A stretch of 64,000 nucleotides of DNA from Malacoraja senta (taxonomy: Eukaryota). Shown here in pieces: positions 1 through 12,603 of the stretch (positions within the stretch are counted from its first letter, which is position 1; each line of letters starts with the position of its first letter). Below the pieces are notes generated by a model that saw only the letters and a program-made list of their open reading frames with translations, made no database searches and was not told the DNA's origin. Position numbers and translations under genes: made by a program. The stretch spans positions 4,466,001 to 4,530,000 of the forward strand of contig CM075990.1 of NCBI GenBank assembly GCA_038087875.1, read 5' to 3'.

Positions 1-539
1 GGCCCAAATGAGGGAGTTAAGAGGTAGTGCAAAACACAAAGTTTTCTCTGAAGGACATGAATAGGCAACATTTTGGTCAGGACCCTTCTTCTGACTGGAG
101 CATACAGTGTGAAGAATGGTCCCAAAATGCATTGTTTTGGGTTGGGGGTAGGAATTGGGAGGAATTGGGTAGGATTGTGATGGTATCTTAAGGAAATGGC
201 AAAACTAGGAGACGGGAGCAATGAGATACCGATGTGAAGGTTAGGGAGAGGGAAGCTAAAGATGAAGAACAGGGAAGGAGGGAAGAAATTAAATATAAAG
301 TTTGATTATGCGGTTTGCTCTACATATTTTACATGTTGAAGAAGGATGCCAAGCCTAGTTTCAATGTGAGTGATCCATGCTAAGCTCAGAAGCAAAGTAC
401 ATGAGTATATTTAGGTTTCAATTTTAATTTGTGGTATTTTCTCCTCTCCATTTGATCACAGCCCCGTCAGAGGGAGTTTGTGATTTTCGAAGCTCTGCCA
501 CTGTGCCACTAGGCATATTCCAAATTAAAAAAAAAAAAA

Positions 540-1475
540 AATTTAAATTATTTTTATTAGAAGTACGGTAAATTACAGTAATACACAACACATATATCTT
601 AATACATTTTTTGTACCGCTTCATTTTTTTGAGCTTTAAAAGAAAGATAGAAGTAAGAAAAGTAAAGAAAGTGCGCAAGAGTCGTGAAGTGCAAGAGAGT
701 TTTGGGAAAAGAAAGCCCCTTAGAAAAGAAGTTAGAGAAGGAAGTAAAGTAAGAAAGTAGACCCTAGAAAAGAAAGAAAAAGAAAGTAGGAACAATTGCA
801 GAAAGGGACTACCAACCAAGTCTGTTTTTGTTGTTTTACCTCCCATTACCAGGTCCTGATACCATTTATTTATTTATTTATTTATTAAATTACTATTGCA
901 CCTCATGCTTGTAATAGGTTCAGAAACGTAGACCACGTCTTTTGGAATTGGTCTGCTTTACCTGCTAAGAGGAATCTCATCTCTTCCAGATGTAATGTTT
1001 CAAACATATTTGATGTCCACATTTTTATTGTTGGTGTGGGCGCATTTTTCCAGAATTTAAGTATGAGCTTTTTTCCCATTATTAGCCCGTAATTGAATAA
1101 ATTCTTCTGATACACGTTTAATTCAGGGATACCTTCCGATATTCCAAAAATGATCCATTCTGGTTTTGGTACCAGTTTTATTTTAATTAATTTTGAAAAA
1201 ATATCAAATATTTCATACCAGAATTTTTGGATTTTTGTACAAAAAACAAAAGAATGCGCTATGGTAGCTTCTTGACATAGACATTTATCACAGATTGGTG
1301 AAACATTAGGAAAGATTTTATTTAATTTAGTTTTTGAATAATATAGTCTATGTAATGTTTTGAATTGGATAAGCGTATGTCGTACGTTGATCGAACATTT
1401 ATGCACCTGTAGTAAATGATTATCCCAGCTCTCTTTTGAAATTTTTATAGCTAATTCATATTCCAAATATTTAAC
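540..1475 (-). mobile_element. 5'-truncated L1-clade LINE (ORF2 C-terminus and 3' UTR)
   Basis: ORF 903-1499 has LHRLYY...CDKC-x7-H-x4-C zinc knuckle; AATAAA near the - strand end. Confidence 0.8.
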
Positions 1476-1503
1476 GCGGGTGATGTTTCCCCTACCCATC
1501 TGT

Positions 1504-1680
1504 GAAGCTTACTAGGGCCCTGGGTCTAAGACTTACCTGGAGCTCAGCAGGGCCCTGGGTCACACACTTCCCTGAAGTTTACCAGGGCCCTGGGTCACAT
1601 CAGAGCCCTTGGTCCCTCCCTTGTCTGAAGCTCACCAGGTTCCGTGAAGCTCTCTGGGGCACTTGAATCCTACACACTGT
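1504..1680. repeat. Degenerate minisatellite with recurring agggccctgggtc core
   Basis: Core at about 1514, 1549 and 1583, with degraded copies following. Confidence 0.6.
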
Positions 1681-2950
1681 TTTAACTTACAGGGTTCACT
1701 GGGACATTTATTATAATATACTGTAACATTTACAAATAGTGAATTTGAAGATTGTTGGGTTATTAATGGGGAAAACATCCAATAGTCCAGAAAATCTGCC
1801 CATCCAGTACAGCCAAGATCCCAAGCATGCTGGATTATTGGTTGCACTGTATTTTTTTAAAGCGCCTTACAGACGGAGCACGTCAAATACTTTCCCTGCA
1901 AGATTGTGCTGATGCAAAGAAGATTCACTTGAAAGGGAAATAAATGATAATTAAAAAAAAAAAAAGGTTTTTAGTTGCATAAAATTAATATCTGAAAACC
2001 TAACTATATAATCAAAGTTTAATTTCTGGCCAGTATAGAAACCAGTTGAGACATGTGGAAGCATATGGTAACCTCCTTGATAGAGGAATTCCTGCTTCGA
2101 TCATTGATGAGTAACCACCGTGCCCTTTGTGCAGATCATGAAAGTTGCTGCTTGATTTTGTTATTTTATAGTAAAATGTCAGCGTAAACATGGCAGTCTT
2201 TCCTTCACGTCATAGATGTTCAGGTAAGAATCCTGACAGTGAACTGTACTGTAGCATGCAGTCAGCACCAAGGCGGTGAGACAATTATAAGGTATTAAAT
2301 AATTAAATTAAGATGAAATGCTATGTTACCAACCAAAGGCAATCTAATTTGTATTTAGATTAATTTTAAAGCTGAATCAGGGTGGCAAAGAGACAGAACC
2401 TTAAAATGACAACTGGGTGATCAGAGACTGCCTTAGGAAGCACAACAAAAACAAATTTGGTCCCTATCCCACCTAATCACATATCCCATGAATTTTGTGA
2501 GTAGGAGTAATAAAGACTGGAACAAAACCAGGTAATGGAGTTACTCTACAAATTGATCATGATCTACTTGAATAACAAAATAAGATTGTACCTCTGAAGG
2601 ACCTGAAAGAGTCAGAGTTGCAGAACGCGATTAATGACGCTTTGACCCACCAAATACATGCTGACTTTTTTGTATCTAATCCCTTTTACCTAGCCTGCTT
2701 AAGAGCCTGCCTGATGATTGTATCTGACTCCATCACCTTCTCTGGCACTGCATTCCAGATATCGGCTACTCTCTGTGCAGAGAAAAACTTCTCCTCAAAT
2801 CCCCTTTAAAACTTCTTTCGTCGTTCCTTAAACATATGCAGCCTTGTGTTTGATACTATGGCCTGTCTATGCATCATATATTTTTATGTTCCTCTATCAG
2901 GTCACTCAACAGCCTCCTTAGCTCTGGGCAAACCCAGTTTATCCAATCTC

Positions 2951-3910
2951 GGAAGTGGCGGCGCTGTCGTACAGCAGCGGCTCGCCTGCAGTCCGTCTGT
3001 TTTTACTTTTTTTGTTGTTTTCTTTTGTCCTGTTTTAGTTAAATTTTAGTTTATTGGGTTGTGTATGTGTGGGGTGGGTGGGGGGGTGAAACATGACTTT
3101 TGTCTCTTCCTTCGGGGGAATGCGACTTTTTCTTGTCGTGTCCCCCTTCTCTGCCTCCGTCTGCGCTGAGGCCAAAATGGCGGAGCTGCCGGCCTCCAAC
3201 TCCAACTGCGAGCGACCGACCTCGAGGCTCCGGAGGCAGAGCCAGGACTTACCAGCGCGAGGCTGGCCAACTTCGGGGCTGCGGTGGCGTTCCGGCGGTG
3301 ACGACCGAGGACACTGGTGGCGACCTGAATCCGGAGGCTCGGCCGCAGCTGGCCCAGTGGATGACATCTTCGGGAGCGCGAGGCTGGCCAACTTCGGGGC
3401 TGCGGTGGCGTTCCGGCGGTGGACCGAGGACACTGGTGGCGACCTGAATCCGGAGGCTCGGCCGCGGGCCCAGTGGACGACATCGTCGGGAGGGCGCAGG
3501 TCACAGGTTGGTGACCTGTTTTTCTGGGGCTCCCGCAACTACAGCTGCGTCCGCTGGACTGGAGGGCGGCAGCTTCGACCACCCCGGGCCGCGGAGTTTG
3601 AACCGGCCCGTCGCGGAGCACGGATTCGGCCGCTGGACTGGCTTACCGTCACCCGGCGGGGCCACAGCATCAGAAGCCTGGATCGCCTCAGCGCAGAGGG
3701 AGAAGAAAGCGGGAAGAGACAGAGACTTTAAGACTTTTGCCTCCATCACAGTGAGGAGGTGCCTGGTGAACTCACTGTGGTGGATGTTAATTTGTGTTTA
3801 TTGTGTGTTTTGTCATTTATTGTTATATGTATGACTGCAGGCAACGAAATTTCGTTCAGCCCGAAAGATCTGAATGACAAATAAAGGAATCTCTTAATCT
3901 CTTAATCTCT
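2951..3910 (+). mobile_element. CpG-rich non-autonomous retroelement with Rex/Babar-like tail and internal 121-bp tandem duplication
   Basis: Starts ggaagtggcggcg; ends tgacaaataaagg(aatctctt)n; aatctc on both flanks; repeat units start at 3255 and 3376. Confidence 0.6.
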
Positions 3911-4633
3911 CCCCTTGTGACTGAAGTCCTTCAATTCACCATCCGATCTACCCATGCTGCTGCTTTCAGGGAATTATGGATGATCTCCATGGTCCTTCTA
4001 TTCATCCAGATTTCTTTATGCCCTACCATTGACTATATATATCTTAACCCTATTTGACTTCAAAATGCATCACCGCACAGTTATCGGGATTAAATTCTAC
4101 CTGCCAATAATCCACCCAGCATTTTCTCCGCTCTGTATCCATCTGCAGTCTTAGACAACCTGCCTCACTATCCAGAACACCACCAACCTTTCTGTCATTG
4201 GTAAACTTCTAATCATTTCTCATACATTCTCTTCCAAATCATTAGTATATTTCACAAACAAGTCTCAGCCCAACTCTGCGGTACACCCGTGGTCACAGAC
4301 TTCCAATCAGAGCAGGATCCTTCCACCGCTACTCTCTGCCTCCTGTCACCAAGCCTATTTTCATTCCAATTATCCAGTTCACCCTGGATCCCAGGTGCTT
4401 TAATCTTCAGGGCAAGCCTGCTTTGTGGGACTTGACCAATATTGCCATGTTATCAATGTAGTCCATGTAAACAATGCCTTCGTTAATCTTCTTTGTTAAC
4501 TCCTTAAAAAAACATAATCATATTAGCGAGGCAGGATTTCCCCTGCCCTGAGGCATTCTCACCGTCACTGATCAGCTCACACTTTTCCAGACCTGCATAG
4601 ATCCAATCCCTTAAGATTTTATCCAATAATTTG

Positions 4634-4947
4634 GAGTGGCACAGTTGGTAGAGCAGCCTCTGCTCAGCGCCAGAGACCCAGGTTCATTTCTGACCTCTGA
4701 TGCTGTCCATGTGCACATACTTCCTGTTACTGCGTGGCTCTCTTCTGGGTGCTCCGGTTTCCTCTCGCATCCCAAAGATGTGCAAGTTTGCAGGTTAATT
4801 GGCCTCTGTAACATTGCTCCTTGTGTGTAGGGAGTTTTTGCAAAAGTGGGATAACATGTAACTAGTGTGAACAGGTGATCGACAGGCAGCGTGGACTTGG
4901 TGGGCCGAAGGACCTATTTCTGTGCTGTATCTTTAGACTAAACTAAA
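4634..4947 (+). mobile_element. tRNA-derived SINE (HE1/V-SINE-like)
   Basis: A/B-box-like head, conserved core, CR1-like tail ending (actaa)n. Confidence 0.8.
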
Positions 4948-5816
4948 TTTCCATGTAATGTAAGGCTTACAAGCCAGTAATTACCTGACTTATTTGTGCT
5001 CTCTTTCTTAAATAAAGGAACAACGTTTGCTGTCCTCCAGTCTTTTGGCATCTTACCTTTGACAAACAAAGTGCTGAATTCTCCGTCAGGGCCACAACTA
5101 TTCCTTTCCTCGCTTCCCGTGGATCTCATCCAGCCCTGGGGATTTACCAAGCCTTATGTGTCCCATGACATCTAACACAATCTCCTTCTTAGTACTGACC
5201 TACAGATCATGTACTCCTTCCGGAATATAATGTCTTCCATATCCTTCTCCTTGGTGAATACAGATGCCGTAATCATTTAGAATCTCATCCTGATACTTTG
5301 CAAAACTATCAATAAAAGCAGTTTTTCTTTCTTAAAAATGATAAAATATATGGTTAGTTTACATCAAAAGGTAACCTAGAAATCTGATCAATTAGCACCC
5401 TTCATTTCAGGGGCAAGTTGCAAAAAAAAACTGTTTGTCCCAGAGTAGATCAAGCTACCAGTAAAACTGTAAATTTAGATCTGGCACCTCTGTATTTTTG
5501 ATTTTCCAGCTGCCAGGCGCTTGTGTCAATGTCACCATTCATGCAATGCATATTTCTAGTCTTTCTCACATAGGCTGTTGCTTTGAGTACCAATTTTAGA
5601 CTGCTGAAATTCAGTCTCATCACAATGGTTGAGTATAGTGTAATATTTTTTTACTCTCCTTGATATTTAAAGGGAAATTTTGAAAACACTGATAGATCAC
5701 AATGGTCAGTTACAGAAATTCACATTGGTCAAAAATCTCCCAAAGTGCATAGGTTATCCTAACACTACCAGGGATTGCTTTCCATTTGTAATGGGCCCCT
5801 CAGTAATGACATTGCT

Positions 5817-6083
5817 GGGCGGCACAGTGGCACAACGGTAGAGTTGCTGCCTTACTACGCTGGAGACCCGGGTGTGATCCTGACTGTACGGAGCTTGTAT
5901 GTTCTCCCTGTGACTGCATGGGGTTTCTCCAAGTGCTCCAAATTTCCTCCCACATGGCAAAGACGTACAGGTTTGTAAAATTATTCCTAGTGTGTAGAAT
6001 TGTGTTAGTGTACGGGGTGATCGCTGGTTGGTGTGGACTCGGGCCGAAGGGCCTGTTTCCACGCTGTATCTCTAAAATCTAAA
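5817..6083 (+). mobile_element. tRNA-derived SINE (HE1/V-SINE-like)
   Basis: gggcggcacagtggcacaacggtagag head; gggccgaagggcctgtttcc tail. Confidence 0.85.
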
Positions 6084-6671
6084 GCCCTGCCCTTTTATAC
6101 AAATTTTAATTCCAACCAATGCATTTGAGTGGCAGTACTAGAATACAAAGTCGCATGTACAAAATAATTGGAAAATGACATTGGTATTTCAAAATTGAGC
6201 CTCTTGCCTGTCAGTTCAAGGGTGCCCTCTGCCTTTATGTCCACCAAGTGCAGAGAGTTCATCATGGATGATGGTTTGCTGCACAGCTCAGGAAGTCCAG
6301 AGGAAGAGCAGCATGGAGGCCCAAAGCCTAAGGGCCATGAGGCAGACTCTGAACTGCAGGAGGCAGTGCTGTCCCTGCCAAATACTGGCAGCCTCACCTC
6401 CTGGTGAGTGGACGAGCCACTCATTGTCTGCTTCTTCATTGATGACGTCTTGTTACTAGTAAACTTACAGTGGAGAACCCTCAAGGCCTAGGCTGGCACT
6501 GGTCAAAATATGGGACCAAAAGCAAACCATATTCACACTCTTCATACTCAAATGGTTTAAATGTAACTGGAGGAATATGCAGAGAAAACTTGATCTTCAT
6601 GGTGTTTTGCAGTATCAGTAAATGTATCATTGATCCTAATGGAGAAATAACTTGCTGGAGCGTCTTCCATG

Positions 6672-6760
6672 AGTCTGAATAAGGGTCTCAACCCGAAATG
6701 TCACCCATTCCTTCTCTCCAACGATGCTGCCTGTCGTGCTGAGTTACTCCAGCACTTGGT
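6672..6760 (+). mobile_element. PLE 3'-end fragment with degraded hammerhead core
   Basis: ctgaataagggtctcaacccgaaatgtc followed by the family body. Confidence 0.65.
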
Positions 6761-8440
6761 GCCTAGCTTGACGGAATAGTTTATTAGGCTGCAGATTATC
6801 ATGACATTTAAAAAGGAACACAAATCGTGAGAAAAAAACTGATGTGAAGTAAACCTGCTCAATTGTAACAGTTCATAATGAGGGAGAAAAACTAGGGATT
6901 CTGTTTTCCACTTATGCAAGTGTGTTGCAGAAAATCACCGTGAATCCCATTGACTGACATTCACTAAGTGAGATATATCCTGACATCAGAGGACATGTAC
7001 CTTCAATTTCTTTTGAAAATAAAACAAGCAGCGGAAACAGTGGATGACCTAAGGATTTGTGCTGTGTGCTGGTTGTGATGAACTATGCTGTTGGGTTTTT
7101 AACAGCAGGAAGCTCATACAGGAAGTCATCGTCTAATTGCTGGGAAATTTATTTCTCTCCACACACTGCCACTTCCTGAGTGCGGCATAACCAATAGCTC
7201 TTGGAGCCAATACAAGATGTTTTATTGCATCAATTTCAGAAACTTGAATGAAACATTAATCACTCGGAGGAAGCCAACATTTTAGCATAACAACATTAAT
7301 TAAGCACAATGAAAAATTGTACAGTGTAGCGCCCCATAGTGGATTCGCATGAAACTGTTTGCAAACCTGCAAATATTTACACCAACAGGCTATAAATGTT
7401 GTCCACCTGGTTACTGCTTTTGTAAGTGTGTCACTTTTACGGATTTTGTTCTTGTTTTCTCCATAATCAGTGAAAGCCACTCTCGCAATATTTTGTTTGC
7501 ACATTGTGAAATCCCCCAATGCCAGATGCATTAAATACTAAAGCATTTATAAGACTGAACCAACCTTCAAGCCAGCCGGACACAAGATCTGTAGACGTGG
7601 CCCAATGATTTAAAATGTAATGTAAAACGCTTTAAACTGGTGCCGGTATCAACTTATTTGGGATAATTTGGAATATTTCAGCAGCAATTGTGAGAACTTT
7701 ATGTAGACTCCTTTCGAAGGACTAGGGCTGTCACCAAATTGGTCTTTGTCCTTTTGGGCTGCTGACAATGCTGGCAGGCATCCAAGCAGATAAGATAATT
7801 CCCTGATCAGGTCTGTAATAGTGTGCTTGATTGATCATGTGTGAACTGGGTTGACAGACTCGGATAGTAATAAAGGACCACTTGTACATGGTAGTTGTGT
7901 GCTTCTGCATGTTGAACAGAAAATGCCTGCGTAGTTGATGTTTGCCAGATGATTGGGTTCAATGGCTTTGCTGAGGTAGTATCATTAGTAGGGTCAGATC
8001 TGCTTGCCAGGAGTTTAATTAAAACTGAAATGCCAGTGGTTCAGCCAAGTTACTCTTGAGGGAAGTACAATCTATTATTATGTATGCCATGCAAAGATTT
8101 AATAGCGTTTATAGCTTCTGACAGCGTAGGGTTCAGGATTTAATTTTGTGTGCTAATTTATTCCACTCTTAAATTGGTTCAGTTAATTTATTGCTAAATC
8201 ACCATAATTTCCTAAACTCTCTCTACCATTCATACTTGTCTAAAATAATGCAGCCTCTCTCTATTTCACATCAATTTATATATTTTTTGTGTTTTGATTA
8301 CTAAGAAAGTTATCTGATACATGATGTGACTAATAAAAATACGAGATATTGTGAATGCTGTCCGGAATAGGTGGCTGTGGGCTTGAGTCCAAAGACCTCA
8401 TGTCAAGGGCAGAGTTGTATTTGAGGAGGTCTTTAAAGTA

Positions 8441-8532
8441 GATAGACACAAAATGCTGGAGTAACTCAGCAGGACAGAGAGCATCTCTGGGTAAAAGGAA
8501 TGGGTGACGTTTCGGGCCGAGACCCTTCTTCA
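8441..8532 (-). mobile_element. 92-bp PLE-derived element with intact hammerhead core and 12-bp TSD
   Basis: gtctttaaagta at 8429-8440 and 8533-8544; - strand ctgaagaagggtctcggcccgaaacgtc. Confidence 0.8.
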
Positions 8533-9289
8533 GTCTTTAAAGTATTCCTTCCACTGGGCAGTGTGCCTCTCTCGCTCTGTTGTTAGCTCTCACTGCCTGG
8601 GGCCAGGGTGGTTGGACTATAGATGGCTTCTACACTGGTGAAGAGCCCATCCATCATGGCTGTTGGTGTTTGCTGAACCTCCTGCATCCACCATCTTTTC
8701 TTTAGATCACGTATTTACTCTTGAGATTTCTGTCGTTATGTGCCCTTCAAACTGTTTCTTTTCCCTCTGCAACATTGGATGCTGAGAGGCGACCTGATAG
8801 AAGCGTATAAAATTACGAGAGCCATGGATAGGAACTGGGTGGAAATGTCAAATTCCAGAGGGCATAGCATAGTGAGAGGGGAGAAAAGTTTAAAGGAGAT
8901 TTACAAAGCAAGAGTAGGAGATGCCTGGTACCCTGCAGGGGATGTGGTGGAAGCAGATGTGAGCAGCATTTAAGAAATATTTAGAAAGTCACAAAAACTG
9001 TAGGGAAATGAGGGATCTAGCCAAGTGAGATGAGCACTAAAAAGCACTTCACTAATTATAAAATGTTTGTGTACCCTAAGGACTTGAAACCAATGTATTA
9101 GTTCAATTCTTCCATCCTTTATAACCTGCCAAATGCATCTCGCTAATACAATTTGAGTATCCACAAAAAGGGTTGTGGCATTTCATCGTCCTTTTTGTAG
9201 TTTTTCCACAAAGGGGAAATCCATTTTGTATCGGGTTCACAGCAGAACTCTGATAATCCACTATACAACTGATTGGAAATCCCAATGAT

Positions 9290-11320
9290 TTGGCTACTGT
9301 CTATATTTCGGTGTCATCTGCAAACTTACTAACCATCTGATCTAATTTGATGACAAACAATGGGCCCAACACTGACCCCCCTGCGGCACACCACTGGTCA
9401 CAAACTCTTGGAGCCCTGGGTGACAAATGTTGAGACACTGTCAATAAAAGGAGGCATGGTTTTGGTACAGGCACCTGGGATCAAATGAATCTCTGATGCG
9501 TAGAGGAGAAGTTGGAGTATATTTACGACGGAAATCAGGATGGCAAAACGGGGGCACGAGATAGCTTTGGTAAATAAGATTGCAGAAAACGTAGAGAGAT
9601 TTTATAAGTATGTGAAGGGAAATCGTGTCTCACGGATTTGATTTGAATCTTTTGAAGAAGTAACCAAGAAGGTTGAATAGAGCAGGGCGGTAAACTATGG
9701 ATGTAGTCTATAAACGTAGACTGCAGCAAGGCCTTTGATAAGGCTCTGCATGTTAGGTTGCTCTGGAAGGTTAGATCGCATAAAATACAGGGAGAGCTAA
9801 CTAACTGGATACATAATTGGCTAGATTTGGTAGGAAGCAGAGAGTGATGGAGGAAGGATGTGTTACAGTTTTGCCATCCTGATTTCTGTCTTAAATATAC
9901 TCCAACATCTCCTCTATGCATCAGAGATTCATTTGATCCCAGGTGACTGTACCAAAACCATGCCTCCATTTATTGACAGTGTCTCAACATTTCTTGTCAC
10001 TCAGGGTTCCTTACTCCTGCCACCCCTGCCCTTCACTCTACCAGGAACATGCAGACCTTGAACCCTTGCTATCTCACTTTTAAAAGCCTCCCAACTACTG
10101 GATGTCTCTTTGCTTGCAAACAATCTACTCCAATCAACTTTTGCAACCACCAATTTAATGCTGTCAAAATTTGCCTTTGCACCAATTTAGAATATGAAGT
10201 TGTCCAGTTTTGTCCATCCCATAACTATTTTAAAACTAATAGTACTATGGTCACTTGCCCCAAAGTGCTCCCCACTGTCAGTCACTTGCCTTGCCCTATT
10301 TCCCAAGAGTAGACAAGCTGCGCCCTGAGGAAACTTTCCTGAACACATTTAACAAATTCTGCCCCATCTAAGCCCTTAGAACTATGACTATATTAGGAGT
10401 GTTAAAAACCCCTACTGTGACGGACTGACGACCCTATTGTTCTTGCAACTCTGCATTATACCTGCATATTTGTTCCTCTAATTCCCATTTGACTATTTGG
10501 TGACCGTCAGCAAAATCCCAACATGTTGATCATCCTCTTAGTTCTCAGCTCCAAAAATAAGGCCTCGCTGGATGATCCCTCAATAATTGTACCCCTGGCT
10601 ACTGTTATGATGTTCACTTTAATCAAAAATCCTACCCCCTCATTTTCCTCCACCACAATCGCACCTGTACCCTGGAGCATTATGCTGCTAGTTAGAGTCA
10701 TAGAGTGATACAGTGTTGAAACGGGCCCTTCGGCCCAACTTGCCCTCACCAGCCAACATGTCCGAGCTACACTCGTCCCGCCTGCCCGCATTTGAATTGA
10801 ATTAGACTTTATTAATCCCCTTATTCAGGGGAAATTCAGATGTCCTTGCAGCACTAATAAAATACAACATAGTATTAAAAAGAAGTTCAACACCAAAACG
10901 TTTGGCCCATATCCCTGCGAACCTGTCCTATCCATGTACCTGTCCAACTGTTTCTTAAACGTTGGGATAGTCCCAGCCTCAATTGCCTCCTCTGGCAGCT
11001 CGTTCGAAACACTCACCACCCTCTGTGTGAAAAAGATACCCCCCAGATTCCTATTAAATCTTTTAGCCTTCACCCTATGGGAAGTTCTGCCCTCCCTTAG
11101 CCACGTTTCTGGAACGACCATAATATCCCACTCTCATGTACCTATCCATGCCTTGAGTTCAACTGTCTTCCCTGTCATACCTCTGCCGTTGAAATAAATG
11201 TAATTTAATCCAACCTCATTCCGTGCCATGCTGCTGTCTGTCTTGTCTACTGAACTTGCTAGAGTTGACTTCTGCATCAACATCCAGTCTCTTATCTGCC
11301 TTGCTGTTGCTTTGAATCCC
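9290..11320 (-). mobile_element. Degenerate CR1 LINE with internal inversion (about 9411-9868) and nested CR1 3' fragment (about 10692-11075)
   Basis: Endonuclease-like peptides (IYFNGRG; PETWLREG); RT-like sequence switches strand. Confidence 0.65.
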
Positions 11321-12300
11321 ACTCAATAGACAATAGGTGCAGGAGTAGGCCATTCGGCCCTTTGAGCATGGCTGATCATCCCCGTTCCTGCCTTCTCCCC
11401 ATATCCCCTGACTCCGCTATTTTTAAGAGCCCTATCTAGCTCTATCTTGAAAGCATCCAGAGAACCTGCCTCCACCGCCCTCTGAGGCAGATCCTCTGCC
11501 AATCTAGTTCACATCTTCCCTCGTAACACTTGCAAACCTGCTCATCAGCATTGTGTTCCCCTCCAACCCGGGTGTGACCTGTCATAGAGTACTACAGTAT
11601 GCAGTTTATAAATATAAAAACAAATGTCTGCTTGTGGATTAAAGGGAAGCAGTGTTTTATAAAAGTGAGTAAAATCTAAATATGTTTACACTTTGGGCTG
11701 CAGAACCATACAAGGAATTCTACATTACAATTTTGCAAATACGTTGGAACTGTGCACTTGAAATTTCTGGGCTTCTTACACCCAATGGGAAATTCACCCC
11801 CTGGCTTTCTAGCATGAAATATGTTAGCACTAAAGTTTTGTTCTAGTCATAAACCCACTTAAATTAAATAACAGAAGTGTAACTCTTCAGCATGTTTCAC
11901 AAGTTTGCTAATCCCAAAAGAAAAAAGTGCTCAATTGATCTCCGAACATCTGGCTTTTGCTAACCCTGTTTCTCGTGACCCCCTGTTGATTAAGGGACTG
12001 ACTCGAACTGCATTCTTTGTCAGTCTGCTTTCACAGCACTGTGATCTGTGCCCACATGTACCCTGAAGCACACACATAATAGCTCGATTCCAGCTGTTTT
12101 GCATTTGGAAGTCAAGGTCAAGGCCACTCTCAACTCCTACACCGGCATCATTCCAAACTATTGTTGGTCATTACTGTGTCATCTCACAGTTTACTAGCAT
12201 GCTGCTGCTTTTGGTAGCTAACACTGACTGAAAGAGAACTTGAAGAAGAGCACCAACCCGAAACTTCACCTATCCATGTTATCCAGATATGCTGCCTGAC

Positions 12301-12555
12301 CAATAGACAATAGACAATAGGTGCAGGAGTAGGCCATTCGGCCCTTCGAGCCAGCACCGCCATTCAATGTGATCATGGCTGATCATCCCCAATCAGTACC
12401 CCGTTCCTGCCTTCTCCCCATATCCCCTGACTCCGCTATCTTTAAGAGCCCTATCTAGCTCTCTCTTGAAAGTATCCAGAGAACCGACCTCCACCGCCTT
12501 CTGAGGCAGAGAATTCCACACTCACAACTCTCTGTGTGGAAAAACTCTCTGTGTG
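12301..12555 (-). mobile_element. CR1 3' fragment inserted into a PLE 3' end (about 12240-12590)
   Basis: (caatagac)n tail; PLE body stops at gctgcctgacc and resumes tgacccactgagttactcc. Confidence 0.7.
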
Positions 12556-12603
12556 ACCCACTGAGTTACTCCATCACTTTGTGTCTTTTATTTGTAAACC
12601 ATA

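Larger units (their letters stand above)
2660..5290 (-). mobile_element. Old CR1-type LINE remnant split by younger insertions
   Basis: Degenerate RT peptide DWRTANVVPLFKK...GNY..VSLT (ORF 4938-5150); CR1-like 3' region near 2700-2950. Confidence 0.6.

Noticed and set aside
3035..3834. Overlapping ORFs up to 212 aa on both strands
   Set aside because: Stop-poor GC-rich repeat with a tandem duplication; no recognisable domain.
5817..5890. tRNA-like A/B boxes here and in similar copies
   Set aside because: They are SINE heads continuing into SINE core and tail, not tRNA genes.
6214..6410. Exon-like GC-richer block ending in gtgagt
   Set aside because: No hydrophobic signal peptide or recognisable homology; cannot be supported without transcripts.
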